A stretch of DNA of 64,000 nucleotides. It comes from Mobula hypostoma. Taxonomy: Eukaryota. Shown here one piece after another: positions 12,303 to 25,080 of the stretch. The stretch lies in the NCBI RefSeq assembly GCF_963921235.1, contig NC_086108.1, positions 37,636,001 to 37,700,000 on the forward strand, given 5' to 3'. The notes beneath the pieces are model-generated. The model searched no databases. It saw only the letters and a program-made list of their open reading frames with translations, and was not told where the DNA came from. Made by a program: the position numbers and the translations under genes. The first letter of the stretch is position 1; every line of letters begins with the position of its first letter.

Positions 12303-12964
12303 ATATTTATACTTTTATGTGACTGTATATTGCTCACTATCTTGAATGTGCAGTGTGCCCTTTGCTATGTTGTGCTGTGTATGTTTTTCATCTTGGCCTA
12401 GAGGAACACTGTTTCATTTGGTTGTATTCATGTGTGGTTGAATGATAATTAAACCTAAATTTGAATTGAATTTGAATTTGTATGCACATGCTTTGTGGGA
12501 CAAGTTGGTGAGTATGTGGATATCTTGAAATGTGACTGTACATATATCTGCGTAGGCCAGTGCCTCAGAATTCCAATGTATATCTAAAAATATTTTATTG
12601 ATCGTTCTGTGTTGATTCCAAGACACAATTTGTCCAATGTTTGTGGCAATTAGGAGCCATGTCTTTATCTTCTGCAACTGCTTGTGGGCAGCCTCCAAAG
12701 ATTTCCTGCACAACAGTTGTGCATGAGAAAACATTTCAAAGTTTTCAAACATGACAAGGGAAGCAAACATCAAAAAGCAGTGACTGGAAACTAGATCCAC
12801 AAATCTGCAGCAGTTAGTACTGCTTTAGCTTTGCTGATCACCCTACTGGAGGCAAGGGAACACTTTATCCAGGAACATTATTGCTCACTCTCCCAGCTTC
12901 TCCTGAAGTCTCTCAGATTAAGGGACTAATCTCTTGTTTACTCTTGCTCACCCGTTGCATTAGG

Positions 12965-13250
12965 GAGGCAGGGTAGCGTAGTGGTTGGCACAACCCTTTA
13001 CAGTACCAGTGACCTGGGTTCATTTCCCACTGCTGCTCTTAAGGAGTTTGCATATTCTCCCCGTGAATGCATGGATTTCCTCCGGCTGGTCTGGTTTCCT
13101 CTCGCAGTCCAAAGACGTACCAGTTAGTAGGTTAATTAGTCATTGTAAATTGTCCTGTGATTAGGCTAGGGTTAAACCGGGGTTGCTACGCAATGCAGCT
13201 TGAAAGGCCAGAAGGGTCTATGCTGCATTGTATCTCAATAAATAAATAAA
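12965..13250 (+). mobile_element. tRNA-derived V-SINE-like element
   Basis: A-box tagcgtagtgg, B-box-like ggttcatttccc, V-domain-like 'ggagtttgcatattctccccgtg...ggtttcctctcgcagtccaaagac', (aata)n tail. Confidence 0.85.
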
Positions 13251-13444
13251 TTACTGATGAATTTACTTCTAGCACAAGTGAATTCTAGGCACGATTAAGA
13301 ATCCCAGCTTCTGCAGTGTGTGTGCTTGTGATAGTTAAGCAATATTATTATTATTCTAACGTACCATCCTGACACTGGTTCAAGCGCCAATCATACAGAT
13401 TGGGTAAGCTATCTGGCACCTGAGAACTGGTTTTATCCCAGGAC

Positions 13445-13545
13445 ACTGATGGAAAGCTTCAGAACTGAAATATTAACTGTGTCTCTTTCTGCAGTGCTGC
13501 CAAATGTTTCCAGTATTTTCTATTTTTACTTCCAATTTACTGTTT
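13445..13545 (+). mobile_element. Old Penelope pLTR-like remnant
   Basis: ctgatg...ctgaaatattaactgtgtctctt...tgctgc...tttccagtattttct resembles the pLTR 3' end. Confidence 0.5.
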
Positions 13546-13844
13546 ATTTTCAATTTCCATTTAATAATCTGTGCTTTTTTGTTCTGATCACTAAACATGA
13601 AGAGAAATTAGTTCTGAGAGAAACAACAGATGTCTCTATGGAATTTTCCTGATTGGAGAGAGTTTTATAATTCCACGACTCCTTTCATTGAGCTGAAATA
13701 GTTTAATTCGTTGACCCTGTCTGAATTAACTTTACAAAAATAATCCCTTCTCTTAGATTTTTACATACAGTATAGAGAAACCGTTAGCATTGATAATCAT
13801 CCATTTGCAACAAAGTATCCCTTTCTCATTTTTACTAATGCACA

Positions 13845-15039
13845 ACTGATCGACAGACAACGCAACAGCCACAGCTCTACACACCGTCCTTACACATCTG
13901 GAGAAGGGGGATGCTTATGTGAGAACGCTGTTCTTGGACCACAGTTCAGCATTCAATGCCATAATTCCCTCCAGGCTCAGTAAGAAGCTCAGAGACCTCG
14001 GCTTTCACGCTGCCTTGTGTAGCTTGATCCTGGACTTCCTGTCAGATCGCTGGCAGGTGGTAAGAGTGAGCTCCCTCACCTCTGCCCCTCAACACATGTG
14101 CCCCTCAGGGCTGCGTACTAAGCCCCCTCCTTTACTCTCTGTATACCCAAAACTGTGTCACAACCTACAGCTTCAATCTGCTAAATAAATTTGCTGACGA
14201 TACTACACTGATTGTCCTAATCTCAGATAATAATGAGGCAGCCTACAGAGAAGAAGTCATCACTCTGACACAGTGGTGTCAAGAAAACAACCTCTCCCTC
14301 AATGTCGCAAAAACAAAGGAGCTGGTTGTGGACTACAGGAGGAATATAGACAGACTAACCCCTATTGACATCAATGGATCTGGGGTCGAGAGGGTGAGCA
14401 GCTTTAAGTTCCTCAGCATTCACATCACTGAGGACCTCACGTGGTCTGTACATACCGGCTGTGTGGTGAAAAAGGCACAACAGTGCCTCTTTCACCTCAG
14501 GCAGTTGAAGAAGTTTAGTAAGGGCCGCAAATCCTAAGAAATTTCTACAGGGGCACAATTGAGAGCATTCTGACTGGCTGCATGACTGCCTGGTACGGGA
14601 ACTGTAACTCCCTCAATCGCAGGACTCTGTAGAGAGTGGTGTGGACATCCCAGCACATCTGTGGATATGAATTTCCCACTATTCAGGACACTTACAAAGA
14701 CAGGTGTGTAAAAAGGTCCCAAAGGATTATTGGGGACCCGAGTCACCCCAACCACAAACTGTTCTAGCTGCTACCATCCGGGAAACAGTACCACAGCATA
14801 AAAGCCAGGACCAACAGGCTCCGCGATGTTTTCTTTCCACCAAGCATCAGACTGCTTAACTCATGCTGACACAACTGTATTTCAATGTTATATTGACTAT
14901 CCTGTTGTACGTACTATTTATAATAAATTACTATAAATTGCACATTGCACATTTAGACGGAGAAGTAATGTAAAGATTTTTACTCCACATATATGAAGGA
15001 TGTAAGTAATAAAGTCAATTCAATTCAATTCAATTCAAT
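13845..15039 (+). mobile_element. Rex1/Babar LINE, 5'-truncated, frameshifted
   Basis: LFLDHSSAFNAIIP, KFADDT and VERVSSFKFL motifs; aataaa plus (caatt)n tail. Confidence 0.92.
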
Positions 15040-15909
15040 ACCTGTGGATATTTTTCCATATATTTTGGTCCTAGTTGGTTATATTGTGACACAAACAATG
15101 ATTACTTCCATATTACGAGTCCAAAACATTCTAACAGCTATCAGATGTTAGAATAGTACAACACAGAACCAAATTATTTGGGCAATCAAATGAAGAGCCT
15201 TAACCCTACTAAGAAATATTCCAGTTGGGCCAATATCCTTGATCTTTTCTCATCTCTCTGATGTTTTTTCCTTTTCCACATATTTGGAGCATTTTGAAAC
15301 TGAATTTAGCAACCTATCAAAGAAAGCATTTCAAATATGAATTACTTTTTGTTACATGGTTTTCCCTCATGCATCTTTTTGCTTTTTTTTGGCATTCTTT
15401 AGGCATTCCAAAACATCTTAACTTTAGTTACTCTGTGTCCTTTATGGTCTTTGAATGGATTTATTACATCATTTCTTGGCCTTCCATGCTCGAAACAGAG
15501 AAATCCAGCTTTTTCTCTGATAACTATAAAAACTCCAGTCTCTTAACTAGTAAATGTTATCCGTATTCCAAAGTCTTCCTGTTCTTGCAGCACAAATTTA
15601 AATTAGCATTTTGGGTAACACATATATATTATGTTAATGTTATGTAGCGCTATTTGTGACTGCATCATAATTTCATATTTATATCAATATTGAGAGGACC
15701 ATTCTGTCCTCTCACCTTGAACATATTCCGCTGCCCTCCCTAAAGTGCAATGTCCAGAACTGTAGACAATACTTAAACTTAAAAGGTTCTTTTATGTTAT
15801 GACATGGTCATCCTAAGGTTCAGGTGTTGAGATATTCAACATGTAAGAATATTTACAAACAATGAACAGATGGTACTTGAGTAAACATCACTCAACTGAA
15901 AATCATAAG

Positions 15910-16327
15910 GTAAAACCAGAAACAAAGTACTGGAGAAACTCTACTGGTCAAGCAGCATCAGTGGCGGCAAAGGGACAGTCTACATTTCAGGTCAAATCCT
16001 TGCATCAAGGCTAAATGTAGAGGGGAGATAATCAGTATAAAGAGATGAGAGAGAGGGGTGAGGCAAGGGATGGCAATTGGTGGTACCAGGTGGGTAGGGG
16101 GATGATAGGCAGATGGAGATGGATGAGGAGGAGGGATGGAGTTTAAAGACAAAGATTGGGAGTGATAGTTAAAGGCAGATAAGGGGAAAATAAGAGGTAG
16201 GTGGAGCCAGATGGGTGAAGGAGAGGGTGAGCATGGAGACAAAGTTTGGAATGTGATTAGCAGAGACACAAAAGACTTTAAATCTGATAAATATGGAAGA
16301 TGATAGGCGAAACTCTGGAACTGAATA
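15910..16327 (-). mobile_element. Degraded Penelope 3' end / pLTR
   Basis: 'ctggagaaactc...caagcagcatc...catttcaggtc...ttgcatcaagg' followed by the purine-rich tract seen in the other copies. Confidence 0.6.
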
Positions 16328-16329
16328 TA

Positions 16330-17939
16330 CAGTGGCTTGCAAAAGTTTGGGCACCCCGGTCAAAATTTCTGTTACTGTGAATAGTTAAGTGAGTAGAAGA
16401 TGAACTGATCTCCAAAAGTCATAAAGTTAAAGATGAAACATTCTTTTCAACATTTTAAGCAAGATTAGTGTGTTATTTTTGTTTTGTACAATTTTAGAGT
16501 GAAAAAAAAGGAAAGGAGCACCACGCAAAGGTTTGGGCACCCCAAGAGATTTCAGCTCTCAGATAACTTTTACCAAGGTCTCAGACCTTAATTAGCTTGT
16601 TCGAGCTATGGCTTGTTCACAATCATCATTAGGAAAGGCCAGGTGATGCAAATTTCAAAGCTTTATAAATACCCTGACTCCTCAAACCTTGTCCCAACAA
16701 TCAGCAGCCATTGGCTCCTCTAAGCAGCTGCTTAGCACTCTGAAAATTAAAATAAATGATACCCATAAAGCAGGAGGAGGCTATAAGAAGAGAGCAAAGC
16801 GTTTTCAGGTAGCCGTTTCCTCAGTTCGTAATGTATTTTAGAAATGGCAGTTAACAGGAATAGTGGAGATCAAGCTGAGGTCCGGAAGACTAAGAAAACT
16901 TTCCGAGAGAGCTGCTCGTAGGATTGCTAGAAAGGCAAATCAAAACTCCCGTTTGACTGCAAAAGACCGTCAGGAAGATTTCACAGACTCTGGAGTGGTG
17001 GTGCACTGTTCTACTGTGGAGCGACATCTGCACAAATATGACCTTCATGGGAGAGTCATCAGAAGAAAACCTTTCCTGCATCCTCACCACAAAATTCAGC
17101 ATCAGAAGTTTGCAAAGGAACATCTAAACAAGCCTGATGAATTTTGGAAACAAGTCCTGTGGACTGATGAAGTTAAAATAGAACTTTTTGGCCACAATGA
17201 GCAAGGGAATGTTTGGAGAGAAAAGGGTGCAGAATTTCATGAAAAGAACACCTCTCCAACTGTTAAGCACGGGGGTGGATCAATCATGCTTTGGGCTTGT
17301 GTTGCAGCCAGTGGCATGGGGCACATTTCAGTCGTAGAGGGAAGAATGAATTCAATTAAATACCAGCAAATTCTGGAAGCAAACATCACATCATATGTCA
17401 ATAAGTTGAAGATGAAAAGAGGATGGCTTTTACAACAGGATAATGATTCTAAACACACTTCAAAATCCACAATGGACTACCTCAAGAGGCGCACGCTGAA
17501 GGTTTTGCCATGACCCTCACAGTCCCCCAACCTAAACATCATCGAAAATCTGTGGATAGACCTCAAAAGAGCAGTGCATGCAAGATGGCCCAAGAATCTC
17601 ACAGAACAAGAAGACTTTTACAAGGAAGAATGGGCAAAAATCCCCCAAACAAGAATTGAAAGTCTCTTAGCTGGCTACAAAAAGCATTTATAAGCTGTGA
17701 TACTTGCCAAAGGGGGTGTTACTAAGTACTGACCATGCTTTGTTTTTGGGCTCTTTTCCTTTTTTTGTTATTTTGAAACTGTAAAAGATGGAAATAAAAA
17801 AGTAATCTTGCTTAAAATATTAAAGAAATGTGTCATCTTTAACTTTATGCCTTTTGGAACTCAGGTAATCTTTTACTCGCTTAGCTATTTACAGTAACAG
17901 AAATTTTGACCGGGGTGCCCAAACTTTTGCATACCTCTG
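16330..17939 (+). mobile_element. Tc1-like DNA transposon, full length, defective transposase
   Basis: TA|cagtggcttgcaaaagtttgggcaccccggtcaaaattt ... gaccggggtgcccaaacttttgcatacctctg|TA; long TIRs; WTDE, VKHGGGSIMLW and QQDN motifs; premature TGA at 17511-17513 before SPNLNIIE. Confidence 0.95.
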
Positions 17940-20463
17940 TATACTTAGAAAGAAAACATGTACAGGGCAAAAGAAAAGAAGAGTGACACTAATTAAGTAG
18001 TTCTTACCAATCTCCTTGTGAACACCAGTTTTGTAAATGCGGTGTCTGTGTTATCTGGAAAATATGCTTAGAAAAGGAAACAGATAGAGACAGGGAAGTG
18101 ACAGGATTGGAATATCAGCACAGTTTAGTGTAGCCAGTGGAACTGCACCAGAAATCTGGAATTAGGTAGGATCTGCTTTAGCTGAGCCTACTTCAACATT
18201 GACTGTATACAATCATACACTGGGCTTCCAAGCTATTTTAAAATGCACTTGCATTAAAAATGTAGGAACATGATTTTAAAATGTTAATACATGGTAATAA
18301 AATGAGCACGTTTCATTCCCATTTCAATCTGTGATTGTGAAAAATCAGGTTCAAGCATATTCTCTTCTGCTGCATTATCAGGGGGACCAGCTGCAAAATT
18401 TATTTGGTGCATAAATGAAAGTGGAATTTAAATTCTGACTTGTGAAGGCTCAGCCTTTCAGACTTCTGCCTAACAGTTGTTTGGAAATATGATCTCCAAT
18501 GGATAATCTCTTCTTTCAGTGGTGTTTGGAGGAGGATGAATATTGGGATTACATGGCAAGTTAATTTACACGCCAGCGTAGACAACGCAGAGCTGCTTCT
18601 ATTCATGGGAATAATTTTGGAGCCACACATACATTTTCCAGGAAATCAGATGCAATTAGTTGGAGCTAATTTCAAAGGATTAAACAGACACCCCAATTAA
18701 GTCAGAGAGATGTTTCACACAATGTTGCATAGGGACATTTGGTATTGGTATTGGTTTGCTATTGTTATATGCATCGACAGTCAGTGAAAAGCTTCTGTTT
18801 ACATGCCATCCAACCTGATCAAGCCAAAAGTAAGTACATTGAGGTAGTAAAAAGAAAACAAAATGCAGAAAATATTGTTGCAACTACAGAGAAAGTACAA
18901 TAACAGGAAAACAATATAAAATGTAAGGAACACAATGAGATATATCAGGAGATCATGAGTTCATCTTTTCAAGTGCGAGGTGCAGTCAGTTGCTCTATTG
19001 GAAGCAAATAATTTCTGATGCCCTGCAGTGGTAAGAATTGGGTGCTAACAGCTCAATATTTCCACATATGGATGTGGCCAAGCAAGTGGCCAGGAAGAGT
19101 TTCTTTGAAAGAAATGTTTGAGTTAGGGTCTGGTGTACTCTCAGGTCCCACAGGTTTCACAAGGGCCAGTGTCCCTATATAACTAGTCTCCCCACACTCT
19201 ATGCACCTGCCATTCCATGTAGCATCCTCCTCCCTGATATGTTATCTTTTGCACAGTGAACCATATGTGAAGGAGTGACAGGAAAAGGCAACTTGACAAA
19301 ATACATATAACAATGCTTGACTTTTATTTTATAGCTGCCATGGCAGAAGCTCTTACATGGCAGGCTTCAGTAGGAATTGCATACATCCATCATACATTGT
19401 GCCATTAAAAGTAGATCCGAGCCAAGAAGCATAGCCTTGGGGCCTAACACAAAATAAGACAGCTTCTCAGGAGAAGAATAATTTCCAAACTATCTTTGAA
19501 GAATCCACTTCATAAGTTACAGCAGCTCAGATAAGGTCCAGCACTGAACTAATCTTGCAACAGGTCTTTACACTTTAGTGAAGGCCTCTTCCTGTGCTTG
19601 AGGCCCACACCTCTTGAGAAGTACTTATTCACATTATAATATCACAAGAGTAATTGGAATGATGAATTGCATGTCATTGGCACCACTGCTCTGCTCTCAG
19701 CTACGTTAGTGCATTACCACATCATATACACGGAGAGCTGCAGCAGATTAGCCACATCCAGAGTTAGAGATCACACTTACAGACTGCTTTTCCTAAAGCA
19801 CTACAGCACAGAAACAGAAATTTCAGCCTACCTAGTTCATGCTGGCCTGATCTACTGCCTAGTCCCATAAGACATAAAGCAGAATTAGGCCAGTCAGCCC
19901 ATCGTGGCTGATCCTAGATCACACCCAACCCCATATACCTGCCTTCTTGCCATATCCTTTGATGCCCTGACTGATCAGAAAGCAATCAACTTCCGCATTA
20001 AATATATCCACAGACTTGCCTCCACCACAGTTTGTGGCAGAGCATTCCACAGATTCACTACTCTCTGGCTAAAAAAATTCCTCCTCAAATCTGTTCTAAA
20101 ATGTCACCTCTCAAATTTGAGGCTGTGCCCTCTAGTTCTGGATACCCCCACCATAGGAAACATCCTTTCCACATCCACCCTATCTAGTCCTTTCTACATT
20201 CGGTAGGTTTCAATGAGATCCCCATGCATTATTCTAAGTTCCAGTGAGAACAGGCCCTTTGCTGCCAAACGCTCCTCATATGTTAACCCCTTCATTCACG
20301 GAATCATCCTTGTAAACCTCCTCTGGATTCTATCCAATGATAACACATCCTTTCTGAGATATGGGGCCCAAAACTTTTGACAATACTCCAACTGCAGCCT
20401 AACTAATGTCTTATAACGGCTCAGCAATATCTCCTTGCTTTCATGTTCTATTCTCCTTGAAAT

Positions 20464-22315
20464 AGATTAGATTAGATTCAACTTTATTGTCATTGTGCCA
20501 AGTACAGATACAAAGCCAATGAAATCTAGGTGTTCTTGTGCATCAATCACTGAAAGCAAGCATGCAAGTACAGCAGGCAGTGAAAAAAGTTAATGTCATG
20601 CTGGCCTTCATAACAAGGGGAATTGGGTATAAGAGCAAAGAAGTCCTTCTGCAGCTGTACAGGGCCCTGGTGAGACCACACCTGGAGTACTGTGTGCAGT
20701 TTTGGTCTCCAAATTTGAGGAAGGACATTCTTGCTACTGAGGGAGTGCAGCGTATGTTCACAAGGTTAATTCCTGGGATGGTGGGACTGTCATATGTCGA
20801 AAGATTGGAGCGACTGGGCTTGTATACTCTGGAATTTAGAAGGCTGAGAGGGGATCTGATTGAAACATATAAGATTATTAAGGGATTGGACACGCTGCAG
20901 GCAGGAAGCATGTTCCCGCTGATGGGTGAGTCCAGAACCAGAGGCCACAGTTTAAGAATTAGGGGTAGGCCATTTAGAACAGAGTTGAGAAAAAACTTTT
21001 TCACCCAGAGAGTGGTAGATATATGGAATGCTCTTCCCCAGAAGGCTGTGGAGGCCAAGTCTCTGGATGCTTTCAAGAAAGAGATGGATAGAGCTCTTAA
21101 AGATAGAGGAATCAAAGGTTGTAGGGATAAGGCAGGATCTGGATATTGATAGTGGATGATCAGCCATGATCACAGTGAATGGCGGTGCTGGCTCAAAGGG
21201 CCGAATGGCCTACTCCTGCACCTGTTGTCTATTGTCTAAATACAGTTAGCATCTGACCAGAAATACAGAGAATAGTGTTATTTACAAAATAACTGTGAAT
21301 AAAAAGTAAGTGCTACAGCACACAAATATAAAAGTGCTGAGACAGTACAATATGATGCAATACTGCTTAGCGCTGTGATGAGAGGATCAGCAGGGTCACA
21401 GCCTCAGGGAAGAAGCTCTTCCTGTGCCTGCTGGTGCAGGAGCGGAGGCTCCTGTAGCGCCTACCAGATGGGAGGAGAGTTAAAAAGTCCATGGTTAGGG
21501 TGAGATGCATCCTTAATAATGTTTTTCACCCTCCCCAGGCAGTGTTTATGGTAGATGTTCTCAACGGTGGGCAATTGTGTGCCAATAAGACGCTTGGCAG
21601 TTTTCACCACACGCTGGAGTGTTTTGTGGTCCGATATGGGACAATTGCCATACCACACTGAGATGTAGTTGGTGAGTATGCTCTCAATGGTACAGCGATA
21701 AAAGTCTGTCAGTATCCTGCGACAGAGGTGAGCTTTCTTGATGCTCCGCAGGAAATAAAGGAGCTGTTGCGCCTTTTTGATCAGGATGGAGGAGTTCAGG
21801 GAGCAGGTGAGATCCTCGGAAATGTGGACACCAAGAAATTTGAAGCTTGATACACGCTCCACTACAGCTCCGTTGATGTAGATGGGGACGTGAGTATGGC
21901 TCCCAGCTTGCCTGAAGTCCACAACAATCTCCTTGGTCCTCTGAGTGTTAAGGGCCAGGTTGTTGGCGGCACACCATGCGGCCAGGTGCTGGACCTCGTC
22001 CCTGCAGGCCGTCTCATCATCCCCTCTGATCAGGCCAACCACTGTGGTGTCGTCATCTGCAAACTTGATTATGGAGTTAAAACCATGTACTGTACAGGAA
22101 CACAGTCATAGGTGAAAAAGGGAATACAGAAGAGGGCTCAGCACACAGCCTTGAGGCACGCCAGTGTTCAGGGTGAGAATGGAGGAGGCGAGGTTTCTAA
22201 CTTAATTGATTGGGGTCTGTTAGTCAGAAAGTCCAAGGTCCAGTTGCAGAGGGACGAGCTGATACTAAGCTGGTGAAGTTTAGCGATCAGCTTGGAGGGG
22301 ATCACAGTATTGAAT
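20464..22315 (-). mobile_element. Rex1/Babar LINE interrupted by a CR1
   Basis: ORF 21461-22042 (VERVSSFKFLGVHI, FYRCTIESILT); AFNTVIP at the 5' end; (agatt)n tail at 20464-20478. Confidence 0.92.
20526..21237 (+). mobile_element. Young CR1 3' fragment (ORF2 C-terminus, open for about 200 codons)
   Basis: LYRALVRPHLEYCVQFWSP and TRGHSLR motifs; 3' UTR with (attgtct)-type tail; aaat on both sides. Confidence 0.95.
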
Positions 22316-22989
22316 GCCTGCATTGCATTTTCCTTCTTTACCACAGACCTAACTTGCAAATTAAGCTTCTGGGAGAGTCTTGCACGAAAACTCCCAAGTC
22401 CCTCTGTACCTCTGAGGTTGCACCTTCACCATCTACGGCACCTTCAGCTTTATGTTTCCCTTAAACCCCTTCCATCCACATGCCTATCCAAGCATGTCTT
22501 AATTGTTACAATTGAACCCACTTCCACTGTCATTTCTTTCCACAGTCACAACACCCTCTGTGAGGACTTTTTCCCTCAAATTCTCCTGAAGTATTTCACT
22601 TTTAACTATAACATCTAGTTCCATTTTCTCTGAACCTGAGAGGAAAAAGGCTGTACGTATTCACACTATCTATACCCTTGTTAACTGTTTTCCTCTGTAC
22701 GATCTCCCTTTATTCTTCTGCACTAAAGGGTATAAAGTTCTAACTTATTCAATCATTACCCATAACTCAAGTCTTCAAGTCCCAGCATCATCCTTGTAAA
22801 TTTTCTCTGCACTCTTTCAAGTTTATAGATACTTTTCCTACAATTAGATAACAAAAACTGCACATAGTTCTCCAAATTCAGCCTCACCAACGTCTTGCAC
22901 AATTTCAACATAACATTCCATGTCTTGTACTTAATGCCCTGATTTATGAAGGCAATGTGCTAAAATCTCTTTCTGAACTTACCTACCTT

Positions 22990-23176
22990 AAAGTTTAAAT
23001 TTATCCTCAAAGCACATATATGTCACTGTATATAACCCTGAAATTCATTTTCTTGTGGCCATAATCAATAAATCCATAATAGAATAATTAGCATAATAAA
23101 ATCAATGAAAGGCAGCACCAATTTAGGATGTTCGATCGGTGTACAAAACACAACAAACTGTGCAAATGTAAAAAGA

Positions 23177-23211
<35 letters not shown>

Positions 23212-23482
23212 TTGTGATCATGAGATGAAGAGTCCTTGAAAGTCAGTCCATAGGATGTGGGAACATTCCAGTGATGGGGCAAGTGAAGTTATCCCTTTTG
23301 ATTAAAGAGACTTATGGTTGAGGGGTAATAACTGTTCTTGAACCTGGTGGTGTGAGTCCTATGGCTCCTGTACCTCCTTCCTGATGGCAGCAGCGACAAG
23401 AGAGCATGGCCTGGGTGGTGGCGGTCCCTGATGATGGATGCTGCTTTCTTGTGACAATGCTTCATGTAGGTGTGCTCAGCCA
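22990..23482 (-). mobile_element. Rex1/Babar 3' end containing an (ATA)n microsatellite
   Basis: HPGHALLSLLPSGRRYRS...RFKNSYYP; (ata)n at about 23177-23207. Confidence 0.85.
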
Positions 23483-23825
23483 AAGTTGGATCCAATCAAT
23501 GGCTACTTCATCCTGAATGCCAAGCAACTTAACCTTCTGGACCAACCTTCCCATGCAGGACACTATCAAAGGCCTTGCTAAAGTCCATGCGGACAACGTC
23601 TACCGTCTTTCCTTCATCAACTTTCTTGGAAATCTGCTCAATAAAGTCTAAAAGATTGGTTCGACATGATATACCATGCACAAAGCCATGTCACTAAACA
23701 GACCCTGGCTTTTCAAATACATATATCCTGCCCCTAAGAATACCTTCCACAATTTACCCATGACTGGCATCTGCCTATAATTTGCAGACATTATTAGAGC
23801 CTTTCTTTCTGGCACCTTACCGTGG
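23483..23825 (-). mobile_element. Degraded CR1 RT fragment
   Basis: Reverse strand has DVVxMDFSKAFD-like sequence at about 23565-23600. Confidence 0.7.
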
Positions 23826-24115
23826 CTAAGGTCAATTAAATGACTCTGCCCCAATTGCAGAAAACTATTGTGTGAAGGTATGAAACATTGTTCTTAGGGG
23901 TCTGGCCCATCATTTTCTAGGGATTGGGGTGGTCTTGACGATGTTATAGAAGGAAGTGTGCAATTGTTCACACACACACGATGTTTCTGGTTGTAAATTC
24001 TAGACCAGCAATGGACACTAGTGACAACAGTCAATTGTAATACACATATCCATCAACACACATCAAAGTTGCTGGTGAATGCAGCAGGCCAGGCAGCATC
24101 TGTAGGAAGAGGTGC

Positions 24116-24151
24116 AGTTGACGTTTCAGGCCGAGACCCTTCGTCAGGACT
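24116..24151 (-). ncRNA. Minimal type I hammerhead ribozyme motif
   Basis: Minus strand reads agtc CTGACGA agggtctcggcct GAAA c GTC aact. Confidence 0.75.
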
Positions 24152-24443
24152 AACTGAAGGAAGAGTGAGTAAGGGATTTGAAAGTTGGAGGGGGAGGGGG
24201 AGATCCAAAATGATAGGAGAAGACAGGAAGGGGAGGGATGGAGCCAAGAGCTGGACAGGCGATAGGCAAAAGGGGATACGAGAGGATCATGGGACAGGAG
24301 GTCCGGGAAGAAAGACGGCGGGGGGGACCCAGAGGATGGGCAAGAGGTATATTCAGAGGGGCAGAGGGAGAAAAAGGAGAGTGAGAGAAAGAATGTGTGT
24401 ATAAAAATAAGTAACAGATGGGGTACGAGGGGGAGGTGGGGCC

Positions 24444-25080
24444 TTAGTGGAAGTTAGAGAAGTTGATGTTCATGGCACCAGGTTGGAGGCTACCCAGACG
24501 GAATATAAGGTGTTGTTCCTCCAACCTGAGTGTGGCTTCATCTTTACAGTAGAGGAGGCCGTGGATAGACATGTCAGAATGGGAATGGGATGTGGAATTA
24601 AAATGTGTGGCCACTGGGAGATCCTGCTTTCTCTGGCGGATAGAGCGTAGATGTTCAGCAAAGTGGTCTCCCAGTCTGCGTCGGGTCTCGCCAATATATA
24701 AAAGGCCACATCGGGAGCACCGGACGCAGTATATCACCCCAGTCGACTCACAGGTGAAGTGTTGCCTCACCTGAAAGGACTGTTTGGGGCCCTGAATGGT
24801 GGTAAGGGAGGAAGTGTAAGGGCATGTGTAGCACTTGTTCCTCTTACACAGATAAGTGCCAGGAGGGAGATCAGTGGGGAGGGATGGGGGGGACGAATGG
24901 ACAAGGGAGTTGTGTAGGGAGCGATCCCTGCGGAATGCAGAGAGAGCTGGGGAGGGAAAGATGTGCTTAGTGGTGGGATCCCGTTGGAGGTGGCGGAAGT
25001 TACGGAGAATAATATGTTGGACCCAGAGGCTGGTGGGGTGGTGGGTGAGGACCAGGGAAACCCTATTCCTAGTGGGGGTG
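24444..25080 (-). pseudogene. Penelope ORF C-terminus: CCHH-type linker and GIY-YIG endonuclease (RT truncated, frameshifted upstream)
   Basis: CKRNKCYTC...FTCESTGVIYCVRCSRCGLLYIGETRRRL...EH...VATHF...RLEEQHLI...PGAMN. Confidence 0.9.

Larger units (their letters stand above)
19869..22425 (-). mobile_element. Second CR1 fragment (19869-20463 plus about 22312-22425), split by Rex1
   Basis: ...ctccttgaaat at 20463 continues as gaatgcctgcattgcatt near 22312; peptide [15 protein letters not shown]. Confidence 0.8.
19795..22985 (-). mobile_element. Outer CR1 3' fragment (about 19795-19868 plus about 22425-22985), split by nested LINEs
   Basis: CR1 3'-end-like sequence at 19801-19868 resumes near 22425; 22530-22960 is reverse-strand CR1 ORF2 C-terminus. 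Confidence 0.6.

Noticed and set aside
12965..13035. tRNA gene
   Set aside because: A and B boxes are present but continue into a SINE body and tail.
15261..15647. 128-aa hydrophobic ORF
   Set aside because: Artefact of T-rich sequence; no family features.
20543..21115. 190-aa antisense ORF (also 29875-30336)
   Set aside because: Antisense shadow of CR1 ORF2.
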